Source: an uncultured candidate division Zixibacteria bacterium (lineage in GTDB: Bacteria; Zixibacteria; MSB-5A5; GN15; PGXB01). Taken from it: a DNA stretch of 64,000 bases. The number at the start of each line of letters is the position of its first letter. The first letter of the stretch is position 1. The notes beneath the pieces are model-generated. The model saw only the letters and a list, made by a program, of their open reading frames with translations. It searched no databases and was not told the DNA's origin. Below are positions 9,520 to 20,674 of this stretch, piece by piece. The stretch spans positions 800,001-864,000 of the forward strand of contig OY969724.1 of NCBI GenBank assembly GCA_963702205.1, given 5' to 3'. Made by a program: the position numbers and the translations under genes.

Positions 9520-10686
9520 ATGACCAAAAAAGCTATCACCTGGATTGAAATAGATTCCCGCGCTTTTCTTGCAAATATCTCATCTATCCGTAAGCTGGCC
9601 GGAGACCGTTCTATAGCGGCGGCTGTCAAAGCCAACGCTTACGGCCACGGGTTGAAAGAGATTGTTGGCCTGCTTAAAAAGACCGACGTGGATTATATCG
9701 CGGTGCATTCGTCCGATGAGGCGGTCGGCGCCCGGCAGTACGGCTGGGACAGAAACGTTCTCGGCGTCGGTTATATCACGCTGGCCGATCTCGACGTCGT
9801 CTTCGAGTATAATATTGAACCGACCGTTTATAATGTCGAGACGATCAATAAGCTGGGGCGATTGAGTGGTAAGTACAATAAAAAAGTCCCGCTGCACCTT
9901 AAGATCGAAACCGGCACCAATCGCCAGGGTTTGAATCCGGAGCGAATAGAAACGGAGCTGAAAGCGATCAAGAAATATCCCGGTCTCATTTTGAAAGGTG
10001 TTTCGACGCATTTTGCCAATATCGAAGACACCACCGATCACTCCTATGCCGAAGGGCAGCTCAAGATATTCAACGAAGCCGTCGGTCGCATAAAAAAGCT
10101 GGGATTCAAGCCGAAGCTGCGACACACGGCCAGCTCGGCGGCCCTGTTGCTTTTCGACGAAACTAAATTCGAGTTGGTGCGGCCGGGAATTGCGCTCTAC
10201 GGCTTGTGGCCGTCGAAAGAGACGTACCTGTCATACCGTCTGAAAGGCGGCGATAACGGGATTCTGACGCCGGTGCTTACCTGGAAGACGCGCGTGGCTC
10301 AGATTAAGATGCTGAAGGCCGATTCATACATCGGCTATGGCTGCAGCTACAAGACGACCTCCCGTACTCGTCTCGCAGTGCTTCCGGTGGGATATTACGA
10401 CGGCTATGACCGGGGATTATCCAATTTGGCTTATGTTTTAATCCACGGGCGGCGGGCTCCGGTGCGTGGGCGGGTTTGCATGAATCTTATGATGGTCGAT
10501 GTTACCGATATTCCCGGTGTTAAGCTTGAGGACGAAGTAATTTTGATGGGCCGCGACAATCGGACCGGAGAGAAAGTTACTGCCGATCAGATGGCCGTTT
10601 GGGCGGGAACCGTCAATTATGAAATTATTGGCCGTCTTGGTCAGCACATTCCCAAAATTGTTGTTGATTTTAAGGAAAGGGCATAA
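9520..10686 (+). CDS. alr: Alanine racemase
   Basis: AVKANAYGHG PLP-lysine motif, VRPGIALYG, GRVCMN. Confidence 0.97.
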   Translation: MTKKAITWIEIDSRAFLANISSIRKLAGDRSIAAAVKANAYGHGLKEIVGLLKKTDVDYIAVHSSDEAVGARQYGWDRNVLGVGYITLADLDVVFEYNIEPTVYNVETINKLGRLSGKYNKKVPLHLKIETGTNRQGLNPERIETELKAIKKYPGLILKGVSTHFANIEDTTDHSYAEGQLKIFNEAVGRIKKLGFKPKLRHTASSAALLLFDETKFELVRPGIALYGLWPSKETYLSYRLKGGDNGILTPVLTWKTRVAQIKMLKADSYIGYGCSYKTTSRTRLAVLPVGYYDGYDRGLSNLAYVLIHGRRAPVRGRVCMNLMMVDVTDIPGVKLEDEVILMGRDNRTGEKVTADQMAVWAGTVNYEIIGRLGQHIPKIVVDFKERA

Positions 10687-10773
10687 CTTATTGTCTTACA
10701 AGTTAGTCCCATAATAACATATAGATGAGGGGAACCATCGGGCCTGAAAGCCAGTTATTGTCAGAATATAAAT

Positions 10774-10841
10774 TAGTGACAAATTTCACTTGACAGACGG
10801 GGTTTCTGGCAATAAATTTGTGATTGTGAAGGAATTCACAA
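10774..10841 (+). promoter_or_regulatory. rex promoter with two Rex operators
   Basis: Perfect TTGTGAA-N4-TTCACAA at 10824-10841; degenerate TAGTGACAAATTTCACTT at 10774-10791 overlapping -35 TTGACA (10790); -10 TAAATT at 10813. Confidence 0.85.
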
Positions 10842-10861
10842 ATGGGGATTAAACACGAAAT

Positions 10862-11560
10862 TTGACCCAACAGGATATTAGGTTGGCTTTAGATAACAGC
10901 AAAAAGAAAATTTCGGAATCGACGATACATCGGCTGTCGCTGTATTATCGGGTTCTGTCCATTCTTGAAAAGGAAAACCATCAGACGGTTTCCTCCAAGG
11001 AACTGGCCAAGCGTGAAAAGCTGACTCCGGCGCAGGTTCGCAAGGACCTCTCGTTTTTCGGATCTTTCGGGACGCGGGGGCTGGGCTATCCCGTGACGGA
11101 GCTCAAGCGGCAGATCGGCGATATTCTGGGAATCAATCGCGGGTGGAATGTGGCCCTGGTCGGCGTGGGTAATATCGGATCGGCCCTGGTGGGATATAAA
11201 GAATTCCAGAGACAGGGTTTCAATATCAAGATCATCTTCGACAACGACCAGCGTAAGATAGGCTCCAACCACAAGGGTATAATAGTTTCCGATATTCGGA
11301 ATCTGGAGCGCGACCTGAAAGCCAACAGTATTGAAATAGTAGTCATTGCCGTGCCCGCGACGGTGGCGCAATATATTGTCGATGACATCGTTCGGGCGGG
11401 GATTCGCGGTATTTTGAATTTCGCGCCGGTCAATTTGAAGGTTCCCGACGACGTTTTTCTGCGCAATGAGAATATGTCGATGGAGCTCGAATATCTTTCG
11501 TTTGCGCTGAAAAATCTGGAATGTTCCAAAAGCGGCGACGGAAAAAGTTATAAAATATAA
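10862..11560 (+). CDS. rex: Redox-sensing transcriptional repressor Rex
   Basis: RLSLYYR, QVRKDLSFFGSFGTRGLGY, VGVGNIG, ILNFAP motifs. Confidence 0.97.
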   Translation: MTQQDIRLALDNSKKKISESTIHRLSLYYRVLSILEKENHQTVSSKELAKREKLTPAQVRKDLSFFGSFGTRGLGYPVTELKRQIGDILGINRGWNVALVGVGNIGSALVGYKEFQRQGFNIKIIFDNDQRKIGSNHKGIIVSDIRNLERDLKANSIEIVVIAVPATVAQYIVDDIVRAGIRGILNFAPVNLKVPDDVFLRNENMSMELEYLSFALKNLECSKSGDGKSYKI

Positions 11561-11609
11561 CCGTCTCAGGGATGAGGCGGAAATTACCTCTTTAAAGTGA
11601 CACCTGGGA

Positions 11610-11648
11610 ATGGCGCCCGCAGTAAGCCGGCGGGCGCCATGTTTTTTT
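11610..11648 (+). terminator. Intrinsic terminator after rex
   Basis: ATGGCGCCCGC...GCGGGCGCCAT followed by T-run. Confidence 0.8.
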
Positions 11649-11708
11649 ATGCCTGCATCGGCTTGACATTTATCAGATCGTTCCGATTATTGGATTGTAA
11701 AAGGAATA

Positions 11709-12662
11709 ATGACCAAAGGAGCCCATTTGCAAAAATCAGCCATTATCGTGACAGGTTTGATTCTTATTATGTCCGGTGCCGTCTTTGCCGCCGATTTCAA
11801 CACCGACAGTCTTCAATATTATCTCAAGGAAGCCGGTCAGGCCTACACTCAGAATGACAATGAAAAAGCCGTGATAAATTATCAAAAAGCTCTGGAAATC
11901 GATTCGTCCAATGTCGATGCGATCAAGGCGCTGGGGGTCATTTATTCCGAGATGGGGCGCAACGGCCTGGCCCTGGATTATCTTCACCACGCTCTCGATC
12001 TTGATTCCACCGATGCCTCCGTCTACAACAGCCTGGCTATAATTTATATCACCCGCCGGGATACCGCGCGGGCCATCGATTATTATGATAAAGCCCTGGC
12101 TCTGGATTCGACGCGGGGGAATTTCGCGGCCAACCTGGCTTTGATATATTTCACCCGCGGAGATTATACGAAAACGATAAGGACGCTTACGTCTTCTGCC
12201 AGATTGGATTCCACCAACGCGCGGGTGCAGTATCTTCTGGGTCGGTCGTACATGGGGCTGAATCGTAACGTCGACGCGGAGTCGTATCTGGAGAAGGCGC
12301 TGCAGTACGATGATAGAAATATCGAATACGTTTATTATCTTGCGATCGATAAAGATTTGCTGGGTAAGGAAAACGCCGCCGAAAGCGGTTACAAACAGGT
12401 TCTTTCGATGGATAAGGAATATTTCGACGCCTATCAACGGTTAGGCGTTTTATATATCCGGACCGACCGTATGTTCGACGCCATGCAGACTTTCGAGCAG
12501 GCGGTAGTACTCCGTCCCGACGACATCAATGCCAACGTGGCGCTGGGCGCGTCGTACCTGTTGAACGACCTGCCCGACAAGGCCGACAAAATCCACGCCT
12601 GGCTTGAAAAGCGCAGCCCGCAGGCGGCTGAAAAGATGATGCGGCTCGGGCAAAAGAAATAG
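11709..12662 (+). CDS. Secreted tetratricopeptide repeat protein
   Basis: Signal peptide plus several 34-aa TPR units (A..Y.KAL.LD). Confidence 0.9.
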   Translation: MTKGAHLQKSAIIVTGLILIMSGAVFAADFNTDSLQYYLKEAGQAYTQNDNEKAVINYQKALEIDSSNVDAIKALGVIYSEMGRNGLALDYLHHALDLDSTDASVYNSLAIIYITRRDTARAIDYYDKALALDSTRGNFAANLALIYFTRGDYTKTIRTLTSSARLDSTNARVQYLLGRSYMGLNRNVDAESYLEKALQYDDRNIEYVYYLAIDKDLLGKENAAESGYKQVLSMDKEYFDAYQRLGVLYIRTDRMFDAMQTFEQAVVLRPDDINANVALGASYLLNDLPDKADKIHAWLEKRSPQAAEKMMRLGQKK

Positions 12663-12697
12663 CCGGATCGCCTAATAAGTAATTAAAGCTAAAAACT

Positions 12698-12874
12698 CCG
12701 TCAGGTGACAATCCCGACTTCGTCGGGATCAGCACCTGACGGAACATTTTTGAATCCGTTTTTCTATAAGGCCCAATTACCAAAGATAGCGTTAAAATAA
12801 ATTTTTTTTAATTTTAATACTTACAAGGCTGTCAGGTCACACGTCCCGATAAATCAGGACGCAGGACCTGACAG
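12698..12874. repeat. Pair of nested REP-like palindromes
   Basis: CCGTCAGGTG..ATCCCGAC-TTC-GTCGGGAT..CACCTGACGG (12698-12742) and CTGTCAGGTC...GACCTGACAG (12829-12874). Confidence 0.6.
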
Positions 12875-12930
12875 AACGGACTTTAGGGCCCAAATCACTC
12901 AGGCAAATTTCAATAGGTAATAAATATAAA

Positions 12931-13084
12931 AACCGTCCCGGAACCGAGACGGGGATTTATTGTGTGATAACGGTCAAATAGGTTCCGGGCCGCAGTGACA
13001 GGTGTACAGCCCGGCCTGATTAACGGGGCGACCATAATGTATCAAAAGATTGTACCCGTGTTCGGTTTAATACCGGGACGGCTT
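12931..13084 (-). ncRNA. Long irregular hairpin RNA with central bubble, candidate 6S RNA
   Basis: Four nested helices; mismatches become G-U pairs only on the minus strand; AU-rich central bubble; U-run at 3' end. Confidence 0.45.
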
Positions 13085-13238
13085 AATTTCAGAAGAAATT
13101 TATTTTAGTCTTGTTTTATCTCCCGAGGTTTCGCAATACCCCGAAATATTGCCAGCTTGTTGATCTATTTTAAAGACGGGTATAGATGCCGTTTCATCCA
13201 ATCCAAAATGGAATTTAAACGAGCCATGTTGAATAAAA

Positions 13239-13262
13239 ATGCCCGGCCTATTTAGGCCGGGC
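13239..13262 (-). terminator. Probable terminator after the dockerin gene pair
   Basis: GCCCGGCCTA/TAGGCCGGGC hairpin with a T-run on the minus strand. Confidence 0.65.
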
Positions 13263-13292
13263 TCGAAATCAGTTTATTATGAGTCTGCTTTT

Positions 13293-14042
13293 TTAAATTT
13301 GCACCCACGGATACCATGTTCTGGGCACACAATACTGACCTTCAGCGTGGGCAACCAATTGCACTGTAAAAGTTAGTTCCTCGTCCGTGTAGTGTCTGTA
13401 AGGCTCTACTATCCTGATCGTGTACGTTCCGGGTTGTATATTGTGGAGATAATAAGTAAAATCAAACAGGCACAGACAAGCACAACCGCCATTGTCAAGC
13501 GAATCCACTTCGGTAATAATGATTTCGTCGTTGATAACCTCCACTTCAGAGATTACGACGGGACAACAATTGAGGGCACCGTTAATATGATCCAATCTTA
13601 ATCCGCCGTTATCGCTGTTGTATACATAATTAATGCAGTCCAGCGTATCGGGAACCGGGTCGATATCGGCCTTACCGTCGAAAAGTTTGCAGCTTGAACT
13701 CCATCCGAGTTGTCCTCCCGGAGGGCCGAAATCCCTTTCACAAATCGGCGCCGGACCCTGCGGTTCGCCGTAGATGTAATCGACCAAATATAAAATATCG
13801 ATAAGGTTTAAAATGCCTTCGGCATTGGCATCGCCGGACGAGAACGGAACCGGCTCCGGCCCGGGCGGAACGTCATAAATATTGGCGATCATGTAAAGAA
13901 TATCAAGCAGGTTGACATTACCGTCGGCGTTGACATCGCCGCAGATATAATCTAATTTTTCATTCGCCGACACATTGGGTACAATGAGGCCAATCAACAT
14001 CAGTATTGCCAACGATGACCAGATTACTTTGAATTTGTACAT
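13293..14042 (-). CDS. Secreted dockerin-domain protein with Cys-rich C-terminal domain
   Basis: Signal peptide, CGDVNADGNVNLLDILY...GDANAEGILNLIDILY, then HINGALNCCPV domain. Confidence 0.85.
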   Translation of the reverse strand: MYKFKVIWSSLAILMLIGLIVPNVSANEKLDYICGDVNADGNVNLLDILYMIANIYDVPPGPEPVPFSSGDANAEGILNLIDILYLVDYIYGEPQGPAPICERDFGPPGGQLGWSSSCKLFDGKADIDPVPDTLDCINYVYNSDNGGLRLDHINGALNCCPVVISEVEVINDEIIITEVDSLDNGGCACLCLFDFTYYLHNIQPGTYTIRIVEPYRHYTDEELTFTVQLVAHAEGQYCVPRTWYPWVQI

Positions 14043-14051
14043 TAGTCCTCC

Positions 14052-17000
14052 TTACATTTCCGTCCAGGGATAGTCCGTTCTTACCTTGCAGACACCGCCG
14101 GACACGGTTCCGTAGAGTTGCACAGTAAGAATAAGGGTTTCGTCTCCGGCCGGTTTGTATGGTTCAATTATCCCAATCGTATAGGTTCCCGGTTCGATAT
14201 TATCGAAAACGTAAGTGAAATCAAAGAGGCACATGCACGGGCAGCCGAAACCGCCTTCGAGTGAATCGATTTGCGTTATAATTATATTTTGCCCGATTAT
14301 TTCAATGTCAGACAATATGACCGGGCAGCAATTTAACGCGCCGTTGATATGATTGACTGTGAGTGTGCCGTGGCCGTCGTACTGGTATTCAAGGCAGTCC
14401 ATGCTGTCGGCAACGGGATTGGGAAACAGCCTGCTCGGGGGATTTTTACATTCGGAGTACCAGGTAAGGTTTCCGCCGGGCGGACCGGGTGGCAGTTCAC
14501 AGATTGGCTCCGGTCCGGCCGGATCGCCGTATTTATAGTCTATTAAGTACAGGATGTCGATCAGGTTGATGCTGCCGTCGGCGTCGGCGTCGCCCGCTTC
14601 GAACGGATCGGGAGCCGGTCCGGGAGGATCGCCGTATTTGTATTCGATCAGATATAATATATCGATCAGGTTGACCGCTTCGTCATTATTGGCGTCACCG
14701 CAGATATAGTCACAGGCGTCGCCGATATTGTCCCCATCGGCATCGAGTTGATCCGGGTTGTACGTATCGGGACAGTTGTCGCAGATGTTTCCGACGTTGT
14801 CGCCATCGTTGTCGAGCTGTTCGGTATTCGCCGCGTTAATGCAGTTATCGCAGGCATCGCCTATGGTATCGCCGTCGGTATCGGTTTGGTCGTTGTTGGA
14901 TACGTCGGGGCAGTTGTCGCAAACGTCGCCGACACCGTCGAAGTCGGAGTCGGCCTGATCGTTATTTGCGACGACGACGCAGTTGTCGCAGGCGTCGCCG
15001 ATATTATCGCCGTCGAGGTCTTCCTGATCGGGATTATATATCGAGGCGCAGTTGTCGACCGCATCGGGAACACCGTCGCCGTCGCTGTCGGCCGACGTCG
15101 CCAGCGACGCGAAAGCATAAATTATTCCGTGCGAATCGAACGTGACGCAGGCGATATTGGGACGCCCGTTGCCGCTGATATCGCCCACTCGAACGTCCAT
15201 GACGTCACCGGCGGTGCTATAGCTCCAATCTTCCGTGCCGGTGATGCCGTCGATGACGTATATGTTCTGATCGTCCGAGCCGACCAGCGCTTCGCTGAAG
15301 CCGTCGAGGTCGACGTCGTACACGAGGCAGCAATTGACTTCACCGCCGGTGGGGAACGACCAGAGGACGCTGCCGTCTTCCCCGCTCAGGGCATGGGCGT
15401 TTTTATCGGTCGACGTGCCCGGCACCAGAATGTCCGGGATTTTATCATCGTTGAGGTCGCCGATTCCAAAACCCTGCACGTTGGTCGCCAGACTGACCGG
15501 GGTGGTCCAAAGCTCGTTATGCGGTGTTACACCATTGACCATGATTACTTCCAGTGGGCTGAAAGCTATTGCGGCGGCGACATCGGGAACGCCGTCATCG
15601 TTGACGTCGCCCACGGCGACATGATACACACCGTTCGGTGCCGTGTAGTTCCACATTACCATGCCGGTCTCTCCGTCCATGACGGTTACTTTGCTTCCCG
15701 AAGTGCCGGTTCCCACCGCGGCAATGACATCAAGAGGACCGGAACCGTTCATCTGGGCCAGCCGGATTTCATTTACTCTGCCGGGAAAACGCGACCACAA
15801 TTCACTGCCATCCTTGCCGTCGATAGCGTACACCGTACCGTCGTTGGAGCCGACAATGACGTCGACATTGCCGTCGCCGTTGAGATCGGTTGATTTAATG
15901 CACTTGCGATAAATTTGATCGGTCGGAGTGGTGAAATCCCAGAGTACGCCACCGGCGATACCGTTCAGGCCGGTGACGGCGTCGTCGGCTCCGCCGACCG
16001 CGACATCGAGCTGTTCGTCGTCGTCGAAATCACCGATGGTCAGAGCGTAGAGGTTGGCAGTGCCGTTCCAGTGCCAGAGTTCCGTGCCGGTTTTGCCGCC
16101 GACGGCCCAGGCTTCATGGTCGGAGCTGACCGCGACCGCATCCATGCCTCCGTCTTTGTCCAGATCGCCCAGCGCCAGAGCGTTGCCGTAGGACCCGAAT
16201 TCGAATTCCCAGAGCAGGGACGATTGCACGGTCTTGAGAGCCCAGAGGCTTTTTCCGGGATCGGAACCCATACCGGTGAAATCAGCGCCGCCTCCGGCGG
16301 CAATGTCGAGCACGCCGTCGTCGTCAAAATCCCCGAGCGCGACGTTTTGAAATTGACCGGCGACGCTGTAATAATAAATTTTGCTGCCGGTTTCGGCGTC
16401 GAGGACCTGGACGCGGTCGAAAGTTGAGGCGACGATGTTAAGTTCGCCGTCGCCGATGACGTCACCGACCGTAATGTCGCGGGCGTAGCCGTCGAGAGGC
16501 GGTGTGATGTACATCGGCGTGTTGACGTCGCCTTCGAAAACCCAAATCTGCATCGTCCCGAGAATCGTCCCGACCAATAGTTCCGGGTCGCCGTCGGTAT
16601 CGATATCGGTACTCGTACAGACCGATATCACCGTTGACATGATCGACCGAGCCGAGATCGTAGCTCCATTCGGTCTTGCCGATAGCACCGTCGTGGACGA
16701 AAATCTCACCGTGATCGTCGCCGTATACCCCGGCAAAGATCGCTTCCGGGTCGCCGTCGTCGTCGATGTCGGTTATCATGGCGTCGAGCACGACATAGGT
16801 GACGGTCGAATCCCAGATGGCGTGTCCGTTGGTGCCGTCCAACACACCACAATGATTGTCAAATCCGGTCAGGTATTCGTGGGCGAAAGCGACGTCGTCG
16901 ATATTGTCGCCATTGACGTCTCCGGCAGCGACGGCATTTATCCAGAGACTGCCGGTATAGTACTGCCACAATTTCGCACCATTGAGTCCATTGATGCCAT

Positions 17001-17529
17001 AGACGTAATCGGCGAACGACGCCACCGCCACGTCGGGCCAGGCATCGCCATTGAGGTTGCAGATCACGACGTCCGTGACGGTCGTGCCGACGCTGTATGT
17101 CCACAACCGCGAGCCATCGGTGCCGTCGATGGCATGAACGCGGCCGTCGGCGGTGCCGGAGGTATTGTACGATGCGCCCGCGATAACATCGGCGACCATA
17201 TCATTGTTGATATCGCCGATGGTCAGGCAGCGGACACCGTCCTGCACCAGATAGGTCCAGAGGGTATCTCCCGATGAACCGTCGAGGGCGATGACGCGCG
17301 ATGGGTCGCCGTAATAGGTTTGGTCGTATTCGGCCGTGATGACGTCGGGGATATTGTCGCCGTTCAGGTCGGCGGTTTCCGCGTACGGGGTGCTGAGGAC
17401 ACCGTCGAAAATCCAGAGCGGATCGGCGCCGTAGCTGTCGAGCTGAGCCGAGGCCGTGGCGGCCAGAATTATAAGAATGGTGCATACGGTTAAAGCCCCG
17501 ATTGCCGGTTTGACCTTGAACAATCTCAT
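14052..17529 (-). CDS. Large secreted FG-GAP/PQQ-like propeller protein with TSP3 repeats, dockerin and Cys-rich domain; frameshift at ~16609
   Basis: ORFs 16462-17529 and 14052-16736 join as IGLYEY|DIDTDGDPE; GDxNxDGxxD repeats; DNCP..NPDQ.D.DGD repeats. Confidence 0.85.
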
Positions 17530-17687
17530 AGCATACCTCTTGAAATAAGAAAATTATTCTCTTGTCAGGTCGGCGCCCGGAAGTACGGTCTTCGGCGTGA
17601 ATGAAATGCGGCCCGTCGGCTGCGGCGAATGAAGAATATGGCGGCCAGCCGAGACCGGGTAATATGAAAGATCGCGCCTTACAAAGA

Positions 17688-17716
17688 CAAGATAGTCCAC
17701 AAACGGAAATCTGTCA
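17688..17716 (-). promoter_or_regulatory. Sigma70 promoter for the 17529 gene
   Basis: TTGACA-N17-TATCTT on the minus strand. Confidence 0.6.
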
Positions 17717-17978
17717 AGGCTTTGAATTCGTAAAGCAAAAGGACGAGATTAGGAATCGCGGTATTCAGAAATTTTAACATTGACAACACCCTCTATTAAT
17801 GTGTATAAATAAGCAATCGGGGCAAATCTATGAGTTGCCATTTAGATATCGAAATTGGGTTGTGAAGGTGAATTTTATATGTAAGGCCTAACTCATAAAT
17901 TATGAAATACTATTATTCAAGAAATAGAATTAAAGATTTCATTAATCCAGGATTATTTACATAAAAGAGGAATACAAA

Positions 17979-18950
17979 ATGAAATAAAGAAATCTATTTA
18001 CAATTTTAATTTCGCTATTACTTCTTAGCATTATTGCAAGCCTGTCCAGCGCTCAGCAATTAACTCGGCTCGGGGTTGGGAATTTGTGCAAATGGTCGCC
18101 GACGGGTCAATATCTCTCATTTACCCGAGGAAATCAATTGATGATTTATGATGTCCAGTCAGGCGTATTGGACAGTCTCGCTCCCGTTTATGGTCTCAAA
18201 TACGATTGGATGTCGGATAGTACAATATTGGTTAAGCAGCGAAATGTGAGACGAGAAAAAGGTACAACCATTGTAGATGAGATATTCTTAAAGTACTTTT
18301 TAAACGGGACGGTGGATACGGCGTTCAGCGTCACCACTACAAGGGCTTCCTATGAAAGGTATATAATCCGGAAGTTGAATGACGGTAAATTGTGCATTTC
18401 GCACGACGGGTTTTCATCCCCAGATTCACTTAAAAATATGATTGGAGATAATAGCCTTGATGGCAATTTGTATTATGTGGTCAGCAATTACGATTATTGG
18501 CAAACCCGTCAATGGGGCCAGGAACGAGACAATGACGTATGGCTGATTCGATATGACGGTCGCCCATACAAACGAGTTACAACCGGAAAAACATATCGAT
18601 TACCGCAACTTGCGCCAGACGGCAACAAGATTGTCTGCAGTTCCGGCCGGGGCATGGTAGTTCTTGATCTTAACGGCAATGTTTTGCGTAAATCTAACAG
18701 TGCCGATATGGAATCTTGGCTTTCCGATAGTGAGAATCTTGTTTTTGTGAAAGCGATTGAAAAAGATGATGATATAGTGGCATCCGATATATACCTGGCT
18801 GATTTGAAAAGCAAGGATGAAATTCGGATCACAAATACGCCGGATAAAATTGAACTCAGCCCGGCAGTATCACCCAATAGAAAATTGTTGGCTTATATTT
18901 CTTATGAAGCTGATGCCAACTATGTGGAGATCAGGAATATTGAGCCTTAG
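17979..18950 (+). pseudogene. TolB/PD40-like beta-propeller protein with in-frame TAA at codon 3 (pseudogene or sequence error)
   Basis: RBS-ATG AAA TAA, then a signal peptide in frame with ORF 18084; WSPTG, LAPDG, VSPNR propeller motifs. Confidence 0.7.
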
Positions 18951-19062
18951 CGGCACTCATCCACTTCACAAAGGACAATATTAGGTAATGCGAGAATTTA
19001 AGAATATTATTATTGACAATACTATCTATTAATGTGTATAATAAAGGATGGGGGGAATTCAT
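18759..19062 (+). repeat. ~300-bp direct repeat, copy 1 (gene 3' end plus promoter)
   Basis: Highly similar to 20308-20614; promoter part also at ~17735-17830. Confidence 0.9.
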
Positions 19063-19114
19063 ATATTCGTCCGTTTGTTTGAGGTTCATAATATTATTAA
19101 GCCAGGAGGGTGGG

Positions 19115-20161
19115 ATGAAAAGCCGTTTATTAGCGACATTAGTTAGCCTTTGCGTCATTTTTTCTGTCGCTTACTCGGAGAGTGTCGATCAATTCGTAAC
19201 AAACAAAATCATAAACATTGGGCGCGTATCAGTAATTCCAATGGCAACCCCCATACAATGGTCGCCGGATGGTTCGAAAATATCCTTTTTTAACAAGGAT
19301 GGATTTGTAATCGTTGATACGCTTGGAAATGTGGAGTTGGTGCATGATTTTAGTTTGGTGCCGCAACGGTATCTCTGGTTGTCGAACGATGAAGTTTGTT
19401 TGAGTTTGAACGAGGGATTGGATAAAGATTCTTCGATAAACAAACTCGTTGTTTTTAATATTAAATTGCAAGAAAGCAAATTGATCTCTCAATTCACGAG
19501 ATATAGACATTATCATGATATTGCCAATACAACGTCCTTTCATGGACCGTTGGAAAGTATTGACGGCAATTTATATTATCAGTTTACCCAATATACGACA
19601 AACTCGGCAAAATCGGGCACTCTCCAGGAAAAGCGCTGGGTTCGTCCCGAGAAATCGCCGTCGTTAGATGATGATTATATATTGAAATGGCACAATGAAG
19701 GGCTTTATAAAGTCAACCTGAATTCCTCCGATTCTATTCAAATATTTCCGCCAATTGACGGAACCCATCGCGGCGGTGCAATAATGAGTCCCAATCATCA
19801 TGCCATATTAAGCAGAGGCATATATATAAACCTGATTGATTCCATGCATCTGGATATGAATTCACTTATTCGAAATCCGCTGGATAGTACGTATAGTTGC
19901 AGTATCAGCTTTTCCAACTTTAATCCTCGATTCCCGGAAATCCTCGTTGATATAGCTTTCGATGATGCCCCAGGAGACAGGACGGTCGCAACCAGAATCG
20001 GCATGTTTTATCCGGAAAAACGGGAACTAATAATAATGGATCCACCGGGAGATCAGGCGTTTTGTGGTTATCCTTGTTATGCGCCCGATGGATTAAAGGT
20101 CGCATTTGTGGCGGATAAGAACGGATTTATAATGTATCGGAAAAAGGAGAGGGGGCAGTGA
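19115..20161 (+). CDS. Secreted TolB-like propeller protein
   Basis: GGAGG RBS, signal peptide, PIQWSPDGSKI and YAPDGLKVAF; paralog of 20675. Confidence 0.75.
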   Translation: MKSRLLATLVSLCVIFSVAYSESVDQFVTNKIINIGRVSVIPMATPIQWSPDGSKISFFNKDGFVIVDTLGNVELVHDFSLVPQRYLWLSNDEVCLSLNEGLDKDSSINKLVVFNIKLQESKLISQFTRYRHYHDIANTTSFHGPLESIDGNLYYQFTQYTTNSAKSGTLQEKRWVRPEKSPSLDDDYILKWHNEGLYKVNLNSSDSIQIFPPIDGTHRGGAIMSPNHHAILSRGIYINLIDSMHLDMNSLIRNPLDSTYSCSISFSNFNPRFPEILVDIAFDDAPGDRTVATRIGMFYPEKRELIIMDPPGDQAFCGYPCYAPDGLKVAFVADKNGFIMYRKKERGQ

Positions 20162-20535
20162 TAAAGTTTTTACCGCTCATTTCATTTATGTTGGTTTTAA
20201 TTTGTGTTGGCGGATCACATGCATCAAAGGATTATATAGATATATTCATCGATCCGGGGCATGGAGGCACTAAACCGGGCACTATTTCCTATATTGAAGG
20301 CTATGATGAAAAATATGATGATATAGTGGCTTCCGATATATACCTGGCAGATTTGAAAAGCAATGATGAAATCCAGATCATCAATACGCCGGATAAAATT
20401 GAACTCAGCCCGACAATATCACCCGATAGAACATTGTTGGCTTACATTTTTTTAAAGAGTCTGATGCCAATTACGTGGAGATCAGAAATATTGAGCTTTA
20501 GCGGCACTCATCCACTTCACGAAGGACAATGTTAG
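20158..20535 (+). pseudogene. Chimeric remnant: amidase N-terminus fused to a copy of the propeller gene 3' end
   Basis: IFIDPGHGG (Amidase_3 start) switches to DDIVASDIYLADLKS at ~20310; further frameshift near 20450. Confidence 0.8.
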
Positions 20536-20614
20536 GTAATGCGAGAATTAAAGAATATTATTATTGACAAAACTATCTATTAATGTGTATAAATAGGTAA
20601 TTGGGGCTATTCAT
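20308..20614 (+). repeat. ~300-bp direct repeat, copy 2
   Basis: Matches 18759-19062. Confidence 0.9.
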
Positions 20615-20674
20615 TATATTCAGAGCCCGTTTGGTCAAGAAAAGGCATTGTCTATTTGCTTAAAGGAGGGATCG

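Noticed and set aside
10690..10770. Possible riboswitch between alr and rex
   Set aside because: Only short hairpins, no recognisable aptamer consensus, and it lies upstream of the rex promoter
14748..17277. Long plus-strand ORFs (14748-15893, 15915-16427, 16504-17277) and similar ones at 6524, 6903, 23783, 61001 and 61576
   Set aside because: Antisense shadows of well-supported genes on the opposite strand
18759..20614. Diversity-generating retroelement TR/VR pair
   Set aside because: No reverse transcriptase nearby, differences are not limited to adenines, and the repeat includes a promoter
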